Below, piece by piece: positions 1 through 8,627 of a stretch of DNA of 64,000 bases. Source of the DNA: Caulobacteraceae bacterium (GTDB lineage Bacteria > Pseudomonadota > Alphaproteobacteria > Caulobacterales > Caulobacteraceae). Position 1 is the stretch's first letter; the number at the start of each line of letters is the position of its first letter. Position numbers and translations under genes: made by a program. The DNA lies in assembly GCA_036494265.1 (NCBI GenBank), contig DASXOP010000057.1:10539-74538 (forward strand), given 5' to 3'. The notes below the pieces were generated by a model, which ran no database searches, was not told where the DNA came from, and saw only the letters and a list, made by a program, of their open reading frames with translations.

Positions 1-124
1 CCGCGCCCAGCTGGACCGCAAACAGGCTGGCAGGGCTGCCGCAGACGCTTTCTTCAGCAAGCCAGGCTAGACCTCGCGGATGCGGCGAGATGGTTAGTAG
101 ATAGGAAATCCGGCATAGGTAGTA

Positions 125-724
125 ATGGCGGTCGAGGCTGGCACAGGGGTTGCAGCCGCGGAGGCGACGACGGGAATATGTCCGTCGCTCGACAACAGGG
201 TTGGAGACGTCATGGGCGAGATGGGACAGGAGGCCGCACAGCTGTGGCAGACCGAAGCCATTTCCGGGTTCGCCCGGTCTGAACTCTTCGACCGCACCTT
301 CCAGGAGGGCATGGACCTCGTGGAAGAGACCGCCGGCTATCTCGACGGCGCCGGCCGACAGGATTCCAAGCTGCTCTCGCGCAGCGCCGCGCTCTCGTAC
401 GCGGCCGAGAGCATGCGCCTCACCACCCGCCTGATGCAGGTCGCCTCGTGGCTCTTGGTCCAGCGCGCCGTGCGCGAAGGCGACATGGCCCCCGAGGCCG
501 CCCTCGACGCCAGTTACCGCCTGGGCGCCGAGCCCGATCCCGACCGCGGCGACGCCGAACCGCTGCCAGGCCCGCTGGCCGCACTCCTTGCCCGTTCCGA
601 GCGCCTGTTCGACCGCGTCCGCCACCTCGATGCGCGCATGTACGCCGAAGCCTGCGGCGAGGTTCAACCCCCGCACCCGGTGCTCTCGCAGATGGAACGG
701 TTGAAGGACGCGTTCGGGCTTTGA
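125..724 (+). CDS. DUF1465-family protein (RcdA-like, regulator of CtrA degradation type)
   Basis: The ORF translation contains FQEGMDLVEETAGYLDG and SMRLTTRLMQVASWLLVQRAV. I recognise this as the core of DUF1465/RcdA proteins of Caulobacter-type alphaproteobacteria. The true start may be the internal ATG at 212. Confidence 0.7.
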   Translation: MAVEAGTGVAAAEATTGICPSLDNRVGDVMGEMGQEAAQLWQTEAISGFARSELFDRTFQEGMDLVEETAGYLDGAGRQDSKLLSRSAALSYAAESMRLTTRLMQVASWLLVQRAVREGDMAPEAALDASYRLGAEPDPDRGDAEPLPGPLAALLARSERLFDRVRHLDARMYAEACGEVQPPHPVLSQMERLKDAFGL

Positions 725-771
725 GCGTCGCCGCGCTCAATTTTCCCAGCTAATTCAAATGCATAATTAGT

Positions 772-870
772 GTCATCCCGGAAGACGCGAAGCGGCTATC
801 CGGGACCTACTTCAACGATTGCGCTAAGGAGATCCCGGCTCCGCCACTGCGTGGCTGCGGCCAGGATGAC
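772..870. repeat. Palindromic intergenic element with GTCATCC...GGATGAC ends
   Basis: Arms gtcatcccggaagacgcgaagcggctatccgggac (772-806) and gatcccggctccgccactgcgtggctgcggccaggatgac (831-870) are imperfect inverted copies. Each arm holds its own CCCGG/CCGGG hairpin. It lies between the convergent DUF1465 and rpmE genes. Confidence 0.55.
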
Positions 871-915
871 AACGATAGGGAAGCTGACGACGATCCAGGG
901 ATCGTCCCGCGAACC

Positions 916-1140
916 CTACTTCTTCAGGAAGCCGCCGTACTTGGCCGAGAAGCGCGAAATGCGGCCGCCGCGGTCGAGCAGGGTCGAGTTGCCGCCGGTC
1001 CACGCTGGGTGGGTCTTCGGATCGATGTCCAGGTTCAGCGTCGCGCCTTCCTTGCCGTAGGTAGAGCGCGTCTGATAGGTCGTGCCGTCCGTCATCACCA
1101 CGGTGATCGTGTGATAGTCGGGATGCGTATCTTGCTTCAC
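916..1140 (-). CDS. rpmE: 50S ribosomal protein L31
   Basis: 74-aa [53 protein letters not shown]...[11 protein letters not shown] is typical L31 and lacks the zinc-binding Cys motif. Confidence 0.97.
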   Translation of the reverse strand: MKQDTHPDYHTITVVMTDGTTYQTRSTYGKEGATLNLDIDPKTHPAWTGGNSTLLDRGGRISRFSAKYGGFLKK

Positions 1141-1251
1141 GGGTCCCTCGTACCAGATGAGCGCGGATAGGAATGGCGTCCCGCCGTTTGCGGGAGGCGC
1201 GCCTATACATCAGAGGCGCCGGAAAACGCAAGACGTGAGGTTGGCGCGGGC

Positions 1252-3096
1252 ATGACGAGTGAAGCCGCTCCGGGGCGGCCGGGCGCGGGCCAATTGCTGG
1301 CCGCCGAGATGTACGCCGCCGCCGAGCGCCGTGAACGTCGCCGCGATCTGAAGCCGTTGCGCGCGCTGACGCCTTACCTGCGCGCCCACTGGAAGGACGC
1401 GCTGGCCTCGGCGATCTTCCTCGTGGTGTCCTCCAGCGCCAGCCTCGTGCTGCCGCTGATCCTGCGCCTCCTGATCGACAAAGGCGTCTCCGCCCACACC
1501 AGCACGGCGCTCGGCCACTATTTCCTGATCGCCGCGGCCGACGCCGGCGTGCTGGCGGTGGCGACCGCCGGACGGTTCTTCTTCATCACCCGCCTGGGTG
1601 AGCGCGTCGTCGCCGACCTGCGCCAGCAACTCTATCGCCAGGTGATGGCGCTGGATCAGGCGTTCTTCCTCACCACCCGCACCGGCGAGGTGCTCTCACG
1701 GCTCACCACCGACATGACCATCGTCGAGAACATGGTCGGCTCGTCGGTCTCTGTGGCGCTGCGCAACGCCTTCACCTTTGTCGGCGCCTTCGCCTGGCTG
1801 GTCTGGCTCAGCCCTGGTTACACCGGCTTGGTCGTGCTGGTCGGCGCGGTGGTGATCGTGCCGTTGTTCGTCGTCGGCCGGATCGTGCGGCGGCTTTCGG
1901 CCAGCGCGCAGGAGCGGTTCGCCGAGGCGGTGGCCTACGCCGGCGAGACCCTCGACGGGCTCGACACCATCCAGGCGTTCGGCCGCGAGCGCTCGGCCGA
2001 TGCGCGCTTTTCCGGCGCGGTCGAGGCCGCCTTCCGCGCTTCGGTCGCCCGGATCACCGCCCGCGCGGTGATGACGTCGCTGGTGATGGTGCTGCTCTTC
2101 GGCGGCATTGGCTTCGTGCTGTGGCGCGCCGCGCTCGCCAGCTTCGTCGCCCACGATCCGCACATGACCGGGGGCGTGCTCCTGCAGTTCGTGCTGCTGG
2201 CGGTGTTCGCCGGCGGCTCGGTCGGCGCGCTGGGCGAGACCTGGGGCGATATCCAGAAGACCTCCGGCGCGATGGAGCGGATCAGCGAGATCCTGACCGC
2301 TCGCCCCGCCATCGCCGCGCCCGCCTCGCCGACGCCGCTGCCGTCGTCGCCGCGCGGCGAGATCGCGTTCGAGGCGGTCACCTTCGCCTACCCCGGCCGC
2401 CCCGGCTTGCCGGCGCTAAGCGGTTTCAGCCTGGCGGTGAAGCCGGGCGAGCGGGTCGCCCTGGTCGGGCCCTCCGGCGCCGGCAAGAGCACGGTCTTCC
2501 GCCTGCTGCTGCGCTTCTACGATCCGCTGAGCGGCGCCGTGCGTCTGGACGGCGTCGCGCTCACCGATTGCGACCCGGCCGAGGCGCGCGCCCGCATCGC
2601 CCTGGTCTCGCAGGACGCACCGCTGTTCTCCGGCTCGACGCTCGACAACCTGCGCTTCGGCCGCGAGGACGCCACCGTCGATGAGCTCAAGAGCGCCGCC
2701 CGCGCCGCCGAGGCCGAGGGCTTCGTCGAGGCGCTGCCTCAGGGCTTCGACACCCCGCTCGGCGAGCGCGGCAAGACCCTCTCCGGCGGTCAGCGCCAAC
2801 GCCTCGCCATCGCCCGCGCCCTGGTCCGCGGCGCCCCGATCCTGCTGCTCGACGAGGCCACCAGCGCCCTCGACGCCGAGAACGAGCGCCTGGTTCAGCG
2901 CGCGCTCGCCGACGCCATGCAGGGCCGCACCACCCTGGTCATCGCCCATCGCCTCGCCACCGTCCTCGCCGCCGACCGCATCGTGGTGATGGACGAAGGC
3001 CGGGCGGTGGAGGAGGGGACCCACGCCGAACTGATGGCTCGCGCCGGCCTCTACGCCCGGCTGGCCGAGCTGCAGTTCGGGCTGCAGGCGGCCTGA
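1252..3096 (+). CDS. ABC exporter, fused transmembrane and ATPase domains (ABCB/MsbA-like)
   Basis: The N-terminal half has multiple hydrophobic helices. The C-terminal half has Walker A GPSGAGKST, signature LSGGQRQRLAIARA and Walker B ILLLDEATSALD. Confidence 0.92.
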   Translation: MTSEAAPGRPGAGQLLAAEMYAAAERRERRRDLKPLRALTPYLRAHWKDALASAIFLVVSSSASLVLPLILRLLIDKGVSAHTSTALGHYFLIAAADAGVLAVATAGRFFFITRLGERVVADLRQQLYRQVMALDQAFFLTTRTGEVLSRLTTDMTIVENMVGSSVSVALRNAFTFVGAFAWLVWLSPGYTGLVVLVGAVVIVPLFVVGRIVRRLSASAQERFAEAVAYAGETLDGLDTIQAFGRERSADARFSGAVEAAFRASVARITARAVMTSLVMVLLFGGIGFVLWRAALASFVAHDPHMTGGVLLQFVLLAVFAGGSVGALGETWGDIQKTSGAMERISEILTARPAIAAPASPTPLPSSPRGEIAFEAVTFAYPGRPGLPALSGFSLAVKPGERVALVGPSGAGKSTVFRLLLRFYDPLSGAVRLDGVALTDCDPAEARARIALVSQDAPLFSGSTLDNLRFGREDATVDELKSAARAAEAEGFVEALPQGFDTPLGERGKTLSGGQRQRLAIARALVRGAPILLLDEATSALDAENERLVQRALADAMQGRTTLVIAHRLATVLAADRIVVMDEGRAVEEGTHAELMARAGLYARLAELQFGLQAA

Positions 3097-3118
3097 GCGC
3101 AAACCGAAGCCGCCGTGC

Positions 3119-3143
3119 GGCCCGGCTAGTTTCTGGCCGGGCC
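3119..3143. terminator. Possible bidirectional hairpin between convergent genes
   Basis: ggcccggc (3119-3126) pairs with gccgggcc (3136-3143) around a 9-nt loop. It spans the stop codon of the minus-strand gene, 23 nt after the ABC gene stop. There is no clear U-tract. Confidence 0.3.
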
Positions 3144-3785
3144 CGGTGCGCCCGTGTCCCTGGCCTGCAGGACCGCGGCGCGCCACTCACGCATGAAGAG
3201 GATGGTGACTGCGATGGCCGCGATTGGCGCCGTTGCGGCCGCGGCGAGCTCCACCAGCGGCGTCGTCATATGCAGATAGGATAGAACCGACATGACGATG
3301 AAGGCCGGCGCCCCGACGTAGAGGTAGTTGTAGGGACCGCTGAACCGGCCGATCCGCGCGAAGTGGGCGAGATGGGGCTCGCGCGACGCCTGCCATAGAT
3401 TGATCCGGACGGCGCAGACCGCGAGCAGGTTCCAGCTGGCCGCCACCAGGAACCAAGCGGCCGCGTCATGCCGCCCGACCAGCGCATTCGACGGAATGGT
3501 GATCAGGACGAGCACGGCGTCGAGCGTGTCCCAAACCGTCGGCAGCCGCTGTTTGACGAGCCCCAGGTGCGAATAGGTGACCCACGCCGCCAGGGCGGCC
3601 AAGGTGTTGCCCAGCACCTGGCACCAGGTCCGGCAGGCCTCGATCGTCAGCGGCCAGAGGTTCATCCTCGCGTGCATCTCGGAGAACAGGTCGGAGAGAA
3701 CGAGGCCGACCAGGACGCTGACGAGGGTCAGATAGAGCGACGGGAACTGCCTCGCGACCCGCGCCTCCAGGTCGTCGTCCATCAT
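3126..3785 (-). CDS. Hypothetical polytopic membrane protein
   Basis: 219-aa ORF with about six hydrophobic segments and coding-like composition. No recognisable family motif. Confidence 0.55.
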   Translation of the reverse strand: MMDDDLEARVARQFPSLYLTLVSVLVGLVLSDLFSEMHARMNLWPLTIEACRTWCQVLGNTLAALAAWVTYSHLGLVKQRLPTVWDTLDAVLVLITIPSNALVGRHDAAAWFLVAASWNLLAVCAVRINLWQASREPHLAHFARIGRFSGPYNYLYVGAPAFIVMSVLSYLHMTTPLVELAAAATAPIAAIAVTILFMREWRAAVLQARDTGAPGPARN

Positions 3786-3892
3786 GCGTCGCCCCCGACC
3801 TTAGCGCCGCCAGATGTAGCGCATTTCCTGATCGCTGTGTTCGTGACGTCTCGCATGCCAATGAGTTCGGCGGCCCAGCCGCGAGCGGCCTC

Positions 3893-4612
3893 TCAGTGGC
3901 TGATTGCAGCCCTTACCCCGCCCCGCTTGGGGATACCGGCGACGGGGCTGAGGCCGAGCCAGGCCGACATCGAGTCGGCGAGACTGCGGTTGCCGGTGAA
4001 GAGCAAGGCGCCGGCCGCCTCCCGGTCCCTGACGGTCGCGAGGCCGAGCCAGATCGAGATCATCGTGGGCAGGTCGGTGGCTACGTAGAGATCGATGTCC
4101 GCGCCGGGGTCATCGTGGCAGATCTCCGCGCGCGCCTCCCGCTCGAAGACGATCCACCAGCGTGCTTTCGACGCTGCCTGATCCCGGTACTGGATGCTCA
4201 CGACGCTAGGTCGGTGCGGCGCGAGGTCCGGGCGGATCCGCTGCTGCATCTGCCACATCAGATTGTCGACGCTCGCATTGTCCAGCGTCGCCTTCTCCTC
4301 GATCCAGGCCTGGCCCCATGCGCCGAAGGCTTGGATCACCGGGCCCAAAGCCCAGCCGGCTTCGGTGAGCACGTATTCATAGAGTTCGCCGCCCTTGCGT
4401 TGCGGCGTTCTCACCACGATCCCGGCGTCCTCCAGTTCGCGCAGCCGTTGAGACAGCAGCGCCGGCGACATCCGCGGGACGCCGCGACGCAGATCGTTGA
4501 ACCGGGCTGGTCCCTCCAGCAGCTCGCGGATCAGCAGCATGGTCCAGCGGGTGCACAGGACCTCCGCCGTCATCGCTACCGGGCAGTACTGGCCATACCG
4601 CACCGCAACCAT
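3893..4612 (-). CDS. HxlR-family winged-helix transcriptional regulator with about 120-aa C-terminal extension
   Basis: YGQYCPVAMTAEVLCTRWTMLLIRELLEGPARFNDLRRGVPRMSPALLSQRLRELEDAGIV is the HxlR signature. The start is taken at the ATG at 4612 (MVAVRYGQYCP), because the longer ORF adds an Arg-rich leader. Confidence 0.85.
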   Translation of the reverse strand: MVAVRYGQYCPVAMTAEVLCTRWTMLLIRELLEGPARFNDLRRGVPRMSPALLSQRLRELEDAGIVVRTPQRKGGELYEYVLTEAGWALGPVIQAFGAWGQAWIEEKATLDNASVDNLMWQMQQRIRPDLAPHRPSVVSIQYRDQAASKARWWIVFEREARAEICHDDPGADIDLYVATDLPTMISIWLGLATVRDREAAGALLFTGNRSLADSMSAWLGLSPVAGIPKRGGVRAAISH

Positions 4613-4809
4613 CGTATTGCCTCCTCGAATACGTCGCCGAAGGTAGGCAGTCCGCTCTGCTACGGCCAGTTCAGATTCTGTACCAGTGCGGTTCAAATTC
4701 TGAACCGGCCGGCTTCACTTACTGAACTGGATGACGCGCCGACCCCTGGGCACACGTTCGCGCTCGTCGGGTGGGACCAAGGTCCTCGCCCGCACCAGGG
4801 AGATGCGTG

Positions 4810-5517
4810 ATGAAGAACTTCCTCTGCACCGTCAGTGCTGTGGTGGCGTTGACGGCGATCGGAACAGCGTCCCACGCGGGCACGACCGCCTTTTCGTTCA
4901 ACGGCGGCCCGTTCAGCGGCAGCGGGACCCTGACCTACGCGCCTGATGTGTCGCCGACCGACCCGAACCCTCTGTGCGGCCAATCCGGTCAGAATGCATG
5001 TCGCGCCGATCCGGTCGGCGCGGACGCCATAACCAGCATCACCGGAACATTTTCGGACTCCAACCTCGGCATATCTAATGCCGCGATCACGGGACTCGTG
5101 CCCGTCAGCCCGGCCAACGAGCACGATCCCGTCTTCGACCCCCTGGTGCCCAGCAGCCTCAGTTTCGTGGGTCCTCTGAGCTACAACAACCTGTTCTTCC
5201 CGAATGGCTCGCCCATCGATTGCGACTATCCGTTTTCCGGCACCTATCTGGACGTCTTCGGGGCTGCGTTCACCATCGCCGGCGGCGATACTGTGGTCTT
5301 CTGGGGCGACGGCGCGGAGCCCGTCCTGGGCCGGACCTACGGCGTCGGCGTCACCGACGGCGTGAAGACGCTCGACTATCAGTTCGATGGCGTCAGCGCG
5401 ACGCCGAGCATTCCAGAACCATCGACCTGGGCGCTTATGCTGCTCGGCCTCATCGGGCTGGGCGGCGCGATGCGTTTTGCGCGGCGCGAAAGGGCAACAG
5501 CCTCGTTCCTCGGTTAG
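4810..5517 (+). CDS. Secreted protein with C-terminal PEP-CTERM (PEPxxWA-type) sorting domain
   Basis: It has the signal peptide MKNFLCTVSAVVALTAIGTASHA. The C-terminus IPEPSTWALMLLGLIGLGGAMRFARRER gives a PEP motif, a TM helix and a basic tail. Confidence 0.8.
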   Translation: MKNFLCTVSAVVALTAIGTASHAGTTAFSFNGGPFSGSGTLTYAPDVSPTDPNPLCGQSGQNACRADPVGADAITSITGTFSDSNLGISNAAITGLVPVSPANEHDPVFDPLVPSSLSFVGPLSYNNLFFPNGSPIDCDYPFSGTYLDVFGAAFTIAGGDTVVFWGDGAEPVLGRTYGVGVTDGVKTLDYQFDGVSATPSIPEPSTWALMLLGLIGLGGAMRFARRERATASFLG

Positions 5518-5702
5518 TGCTCCCTGGCGGCGACGACCGTCAGGTCGTCTTTGCCTCATCGCGAAGTGGAGGGCGGCTCGCGGTCGTCGAAAGCGCTGAT
5601 GCGCAGCCGGACCGTGCATAGGTCTCGAGGCGCCTGAACGACGACCCTCGGCCCGTCGGTCGGATAGTATCCGCCCGACTCAAACTCTCTGTGGGGCCGA
5701 CC

Positions 5703-6290
5703 ATGTCGTTTTCCAACATCGCCGCGATCGGCAACCTCGTCAGCGGCGTGGCGGTGCTCGTTTCGCTGGTGCTGCTCTACTCCCAGCTCCGCCAGCTGAC
5801 CGCTCAGGTCAGGCAAACCGACAGATACCAGCAGACGCTCGTCAAACAGGCTCGCACGAGCCGGTTCATGGAGGTGAACGCGCGTCTGACCGATCCTGAG
5901 TTTGCGGACGTCTACCTGCGGATCATGACCAACGCCGACGACCTCACCCTCGCCGATTGGTCCCGCTTCACCGCGCACGCCCGAACGATATTTCAGAACG
6001 GCGAGGATACGTTCTCGCAGCATCGCCGCGGGTTGCTGCATCAGGACGACTACGAGGGCTTCGTCATGTCCCTCGATGCGACGTTCCGCAGTCCGGCGCT
6101 TCGGGTCGCCTGGATGCTGGTTCGCAAGATGTTTCCCGCGCCCTACATGACGTTCGTCGACAAGATCGTCGCCGGAACCTCCGCCGTCCGGCTCGATCGC
6201 AACGCGCTCGCAAGCTGGAAGCAAGACATGGCCGCGGAGCTCGCAGCGGCTGACAAGCTATCGCCAACGGTCCGATCGACAGCGACCTAA
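5703..6290 (+). CDS. Hypothetical N-terminally membrane-anchored protein
   Basis: ATG at 5703 (MSFSNIAAIGNLVSGVAVLVSLVLLYSQL) gives one TM helix followed by about 165 aa of soluble sequence. No family recognised. GC is somewhat lower than in the flanks. Confidence 0.5.
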   Translation: MSFSNIAAIGNLVSGVAVLVSLVLLYSQLRQLTAQVRQTDRYQQTLVKQARTSRFMEVNARLTDPEFADVYLRIMTNADDLTLADWSRFTAHARTIFQNGEDTFSQHRRGLLHQDDYEGFVMSLDATFRSPALRVAWMLVRKMFPAPYMTFVDKIVAGTSAVRLDRNALASWKQDMAAELAAADKLSPTVRSTAT

Positions 6291-6295
6291 TGTCC

Positions 6296-6449
6296 CGATT
6301 CCGAAGTTCGCCTGTGCTTGTGGCAGGCGAGGACGAACTTCGGAATCGATCAGGACACTAGCAAGTACAAATCTCTAGTGTGCTTTCTTGGATCTGAAGT
6401 TCGCACCAGACACGACCCAGAACCCGGCGAACTTCAGATCCAGCACACT
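6296..6449. other. Cluster of three interlocking hairpins sharing GAAGTTCGC / GCGAACTTC repeats (candidate structured RNA or protein-binding array)
   Basis: Hairpin A spans 6296-6348: cgattccgaagttcg pairs with cgaacttcggaatcg, and there is an inner cctg/cagg pair. Hairpin B pairs 6355-6361 with 6375-6381 (acactag/ctagtgt). Hairpin C pairs 6377-6404 with 6427-6449 (agtgtgct..ggatctgaagttcgc / gcgaacttcagatccagcacact). B and C compete for 6377-6381. Confidence 0.5.
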
Positions 6450-6611
6450 CGGATCGACGGCACGTTCGCCAAGAGATTGGTCGAGCGACAGACAACACCC
6501 GCGAACGGTGACGGCCGAAGGGGGTTTGTCGCGCAAATTCGCCCGGCCCAGAGGATACGCAACGGTCTTTGCCCCTCGCGGCCCAGGGTTTACTCTCGCT
6601 GAGAGTACGGG

Positions 6612-6896
6612 ATGGAAGCCATGAGTGACGCTGTCGGCCCCGGCGATCTGGTTCTGTGCGTCAACGCCGCGCCTAACCACGCGACGGGAAGGCCGGTGCC
6701 CCTGCAAGCCGGGGAGACCTACCGGGTCGTCTCGGTGATGGAGTTCGGCTGTCCTTGCGGCCGTTCCGACGCTTTGCTGGATGTGGGCATCGACTTCGGC
6801 TGGTGCCAGACGCGCTTCCGTCTCCTGCCCAAGCCCAAAGCCGAGGCCAGGACGCGCAAGGTGGCTGCGCCCAAGGAGAAAGAGACGGTTCGCTAG
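6612..6896 (+). CDS. Hypothetical small protein
   Basis: 94-aa ORF with plausible composition (GDLVLCVNAAPNHATGRPVPLQAGETYRVVSV...) and a Lys-rich tail. No family recognised. Confidence 0.4.
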   Translation: MEAMSDAVGPGDLVLCVNAAPNHATGRPVPLQAGETYRVVSVMEFGCPCGRSDALLDVGIDFGWCQTRFRLLPKPKAEARTRKVAAPKEKETVR

Positions 6897-7056
6897 AGAG
6901 CCGGCTGCGACGTCGGCCATTGCGCCGCCCTCGCGAGATGCGCTTCCAACCCGCCGGCTACCTGCCTAGTCTGACGGCGACCGGCGGCGTGCACCGCTGA
7001 TTGGGGCGAACGTCGCTGCCAGCGACGCGCTAAGGTGGCGGGGCGGGCGGGAACAA

Positions 7057-7800
7057 ATGTCGACTGTGGCTCTGCGCGCGCAGGCTGACCGCAAGGTCAC
7101 GCTGGTCTGGATACTGGCGATCTGGACCCTCGTCCTGTTTGGCTTCGGGGCGGATGTATCGCGGTTCCTGCACGAGGCGCCGGCGCCGCCGCCCATCCTG
7201 GTGCTCCACGGCGCGTTCAGCGTCACGTGGCTGGGCCTGGTGTCGACGCAGGTCTTGCTGGCCGAGACGGGTGGCGTCCGGCTGCACCGCCGATTGGGCT
7301 GGTACGTGATCGCCATCTCGGCGGCGATGGTTCCGCTCGGGGTGGTCGCCGCCTTGGTCGACATGACCCGGCAGGTCGGCCATCCCGGCTACGCGCCGCA
7401 GTTCCTGGGTGAGGAGTTTCAGGACATCTTCGCCTTCGCGGTCTGCACCGTCGCCGCGGTGCTGACGCGCAAGACCCGCGCCGATCACAGCCGCTTCATG
7501 GTGCTGGCGGCGATAGCGCTGGCCGACGTCGGGCCTGGACGCATCGCGACCAACCTCGTCGCCACCGGCGCGCCGACCAGTCCGCTGGCGGTCTGGCTGA
7601 CGTTCTACTGGGGCACCGCCCTGCTGCTGATCGCCATGGTCGCCTGGGACCTGATCCGGCATCGCCGCGTCACGCGCTCGGTGATGCTGGGCGCCGCGCT
7701 GCTCTGGAGCGGCGAGGCGATCGTCTCGGTGCTCTACTTCGTGCCGGCGTGGCAATCGGCGATGGCCGGACTGGTGCGGGCCTGGGGCTGGGCAGGATAG
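7057..7800 (+). CDS. Hypothetical polytopic membrane protein
   Basis: 247-aa ORF with about seven hydrophobic helices. No family recognised. Confidence 0.6.
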   Translation: MSTVALRAQADRKVTLVWILAIWTLVLFGFGADVSRFLHEAPAPPPILVLHGAFSVTWLGLVSTQVLLAETGGVRLHRRLGWYVIAISAAMVPLGVVAALVDMTRQVGHPGYAPQFLGEEFQDIFAFAVCTVAAVLTRKTRADHSRFMVLAAIALADVGPGRIATNLVATGAPTSPLAVWLTFYWGTALLLIAMVAWDLIRHRRVTRSVMLGAALLWSGEAIVSVLYFVPAWQSAMAGLVRAWGWAG

Positions 7801-7811
7801 GCGCCTGCCGC

Positions 7812-8579
7812 ATGGACGAGACCGAAGAGCTGATCCGGCTTTGTGTGCGGGCGCTGGCCGCGCAGATGATCGCCGCGCCTGGGGCCGAGCTGCACATGAC
7901 GCAGACTTGCATCCTGGGGCTGACCGACGAGCCGCAGGCCGACTTCAACCGGCTGATCCTGGGCGCGGGTCCCGACGCCGAGGACTTCCTCGTTCGGTCG
8001 GTGGCGCGGGCGAAAGAACGCGGGCGGCCGCTCTCGGCGGTCATGAGTCCCCGGACGGCCGAAGCCCTGGCGACGGTCCTGGCGCGGCTGGGTCTCACCC
8101 GCGTCGGCGCCGCGCCGCTCATGGTGTTGCGCGCGGACGTCCCCGTTGAGCCAACACACCCCACGAAGATCGTCCGCGCGCTCGGCCCGGAGCTGGTTGG
8201 CATCGCCGGCGATCTGATCGCCGCCGCGTTCGGCACGCCGCGGGATGTGATCGCCCGCTGCATCGACGCGGGCGTCACCGCGACCGCGGGCGTGGAGACC
8301 TACATCGCGTGGGGCGACGAAGGGCCGATGTGCACGGCCTCCGTGACCTCCACCGGCGACACCGGCGCGATCACGCTGATGGCCACCCCGCCTGAGCACC
8401 AGCGCAAGGGCGTCGGCCGTGCCCTGCTGAGCCAGGTGATCGTCGACTATCGCCGCCGCGGCATGAAGCGCTTCCACCTGGGGTCCACCGACGCGGGGCG
8501 GCGGCTCTATGAAAGCCTGGGCTTCGATCTTGTCGCCGACCTCCCGGCCTGGCGGTTGGAAGAGCCTGGCCCAGCCTGA
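7812..8579 (+). CDS. GNAT-family N-acetyltransferase
   Basis: The C-terminal acetyl-CoA binding motif is HQRKGVGRALLSQVIVDYRRRGMKRFHLGSTDAGRRLYESLGF. The start is taken at the ATG at 7812 (MDETEELIRL). Confidence 0.8.
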   Translation: MDETEELIRLCVRALAAQMIAAPGAELHMTQTCILGLTDEPQADFNRLILGAGPDAEDFLVRSVARAKERGRPLSAVMSPRTAEALATVLARLGLTRVGAAPLMVLRADVPVEPTHPTKIVRALGPELVGIAGDLIAAAFGTPRDVIARCIDAGVTATAGVETYIAWGDEGPMCTASVTSTGDTGAITLMATPPEHQRKGVGRALLSQVIVDYRRRGMKRFHLGSTDAGRRLYESLGFDLVADLPAWRLEEPGPA

Positions 8580-8627
8580 CGCCGCTTTGACGTAGCGGAG
8601 CCCGACGCCGGACCCTATTGAGCGGCC

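Noticed and set aside
2-70. Possible 3' end of an upstream plus-strand gene (...RAQLDRKQAGRAAADAFFSKPG, stop at 68-70)
   Set aside because: With only 22 codons visible, neither coding status nor product can be supported.
886-906. Short hairpin gacgatcc/ggatcgtc just downstream of rpmE as a terminator
   Set aside because: The loop is only about 2 nt and there is no U-tract on the transcribed strand. The adjacent palindromic element at 772-870 is a more likely transcript end.
6318-6624. Track ORFs 6318-6602, 6388-6624 and the antisense 6375-6920 in the hairpin region
   Set aside because: They overlap each other and the palindromic stems. They start at weak codons without ribosome-binding sites and have odd composition. 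The region is better explained as structured non-coding DNA or RNA.
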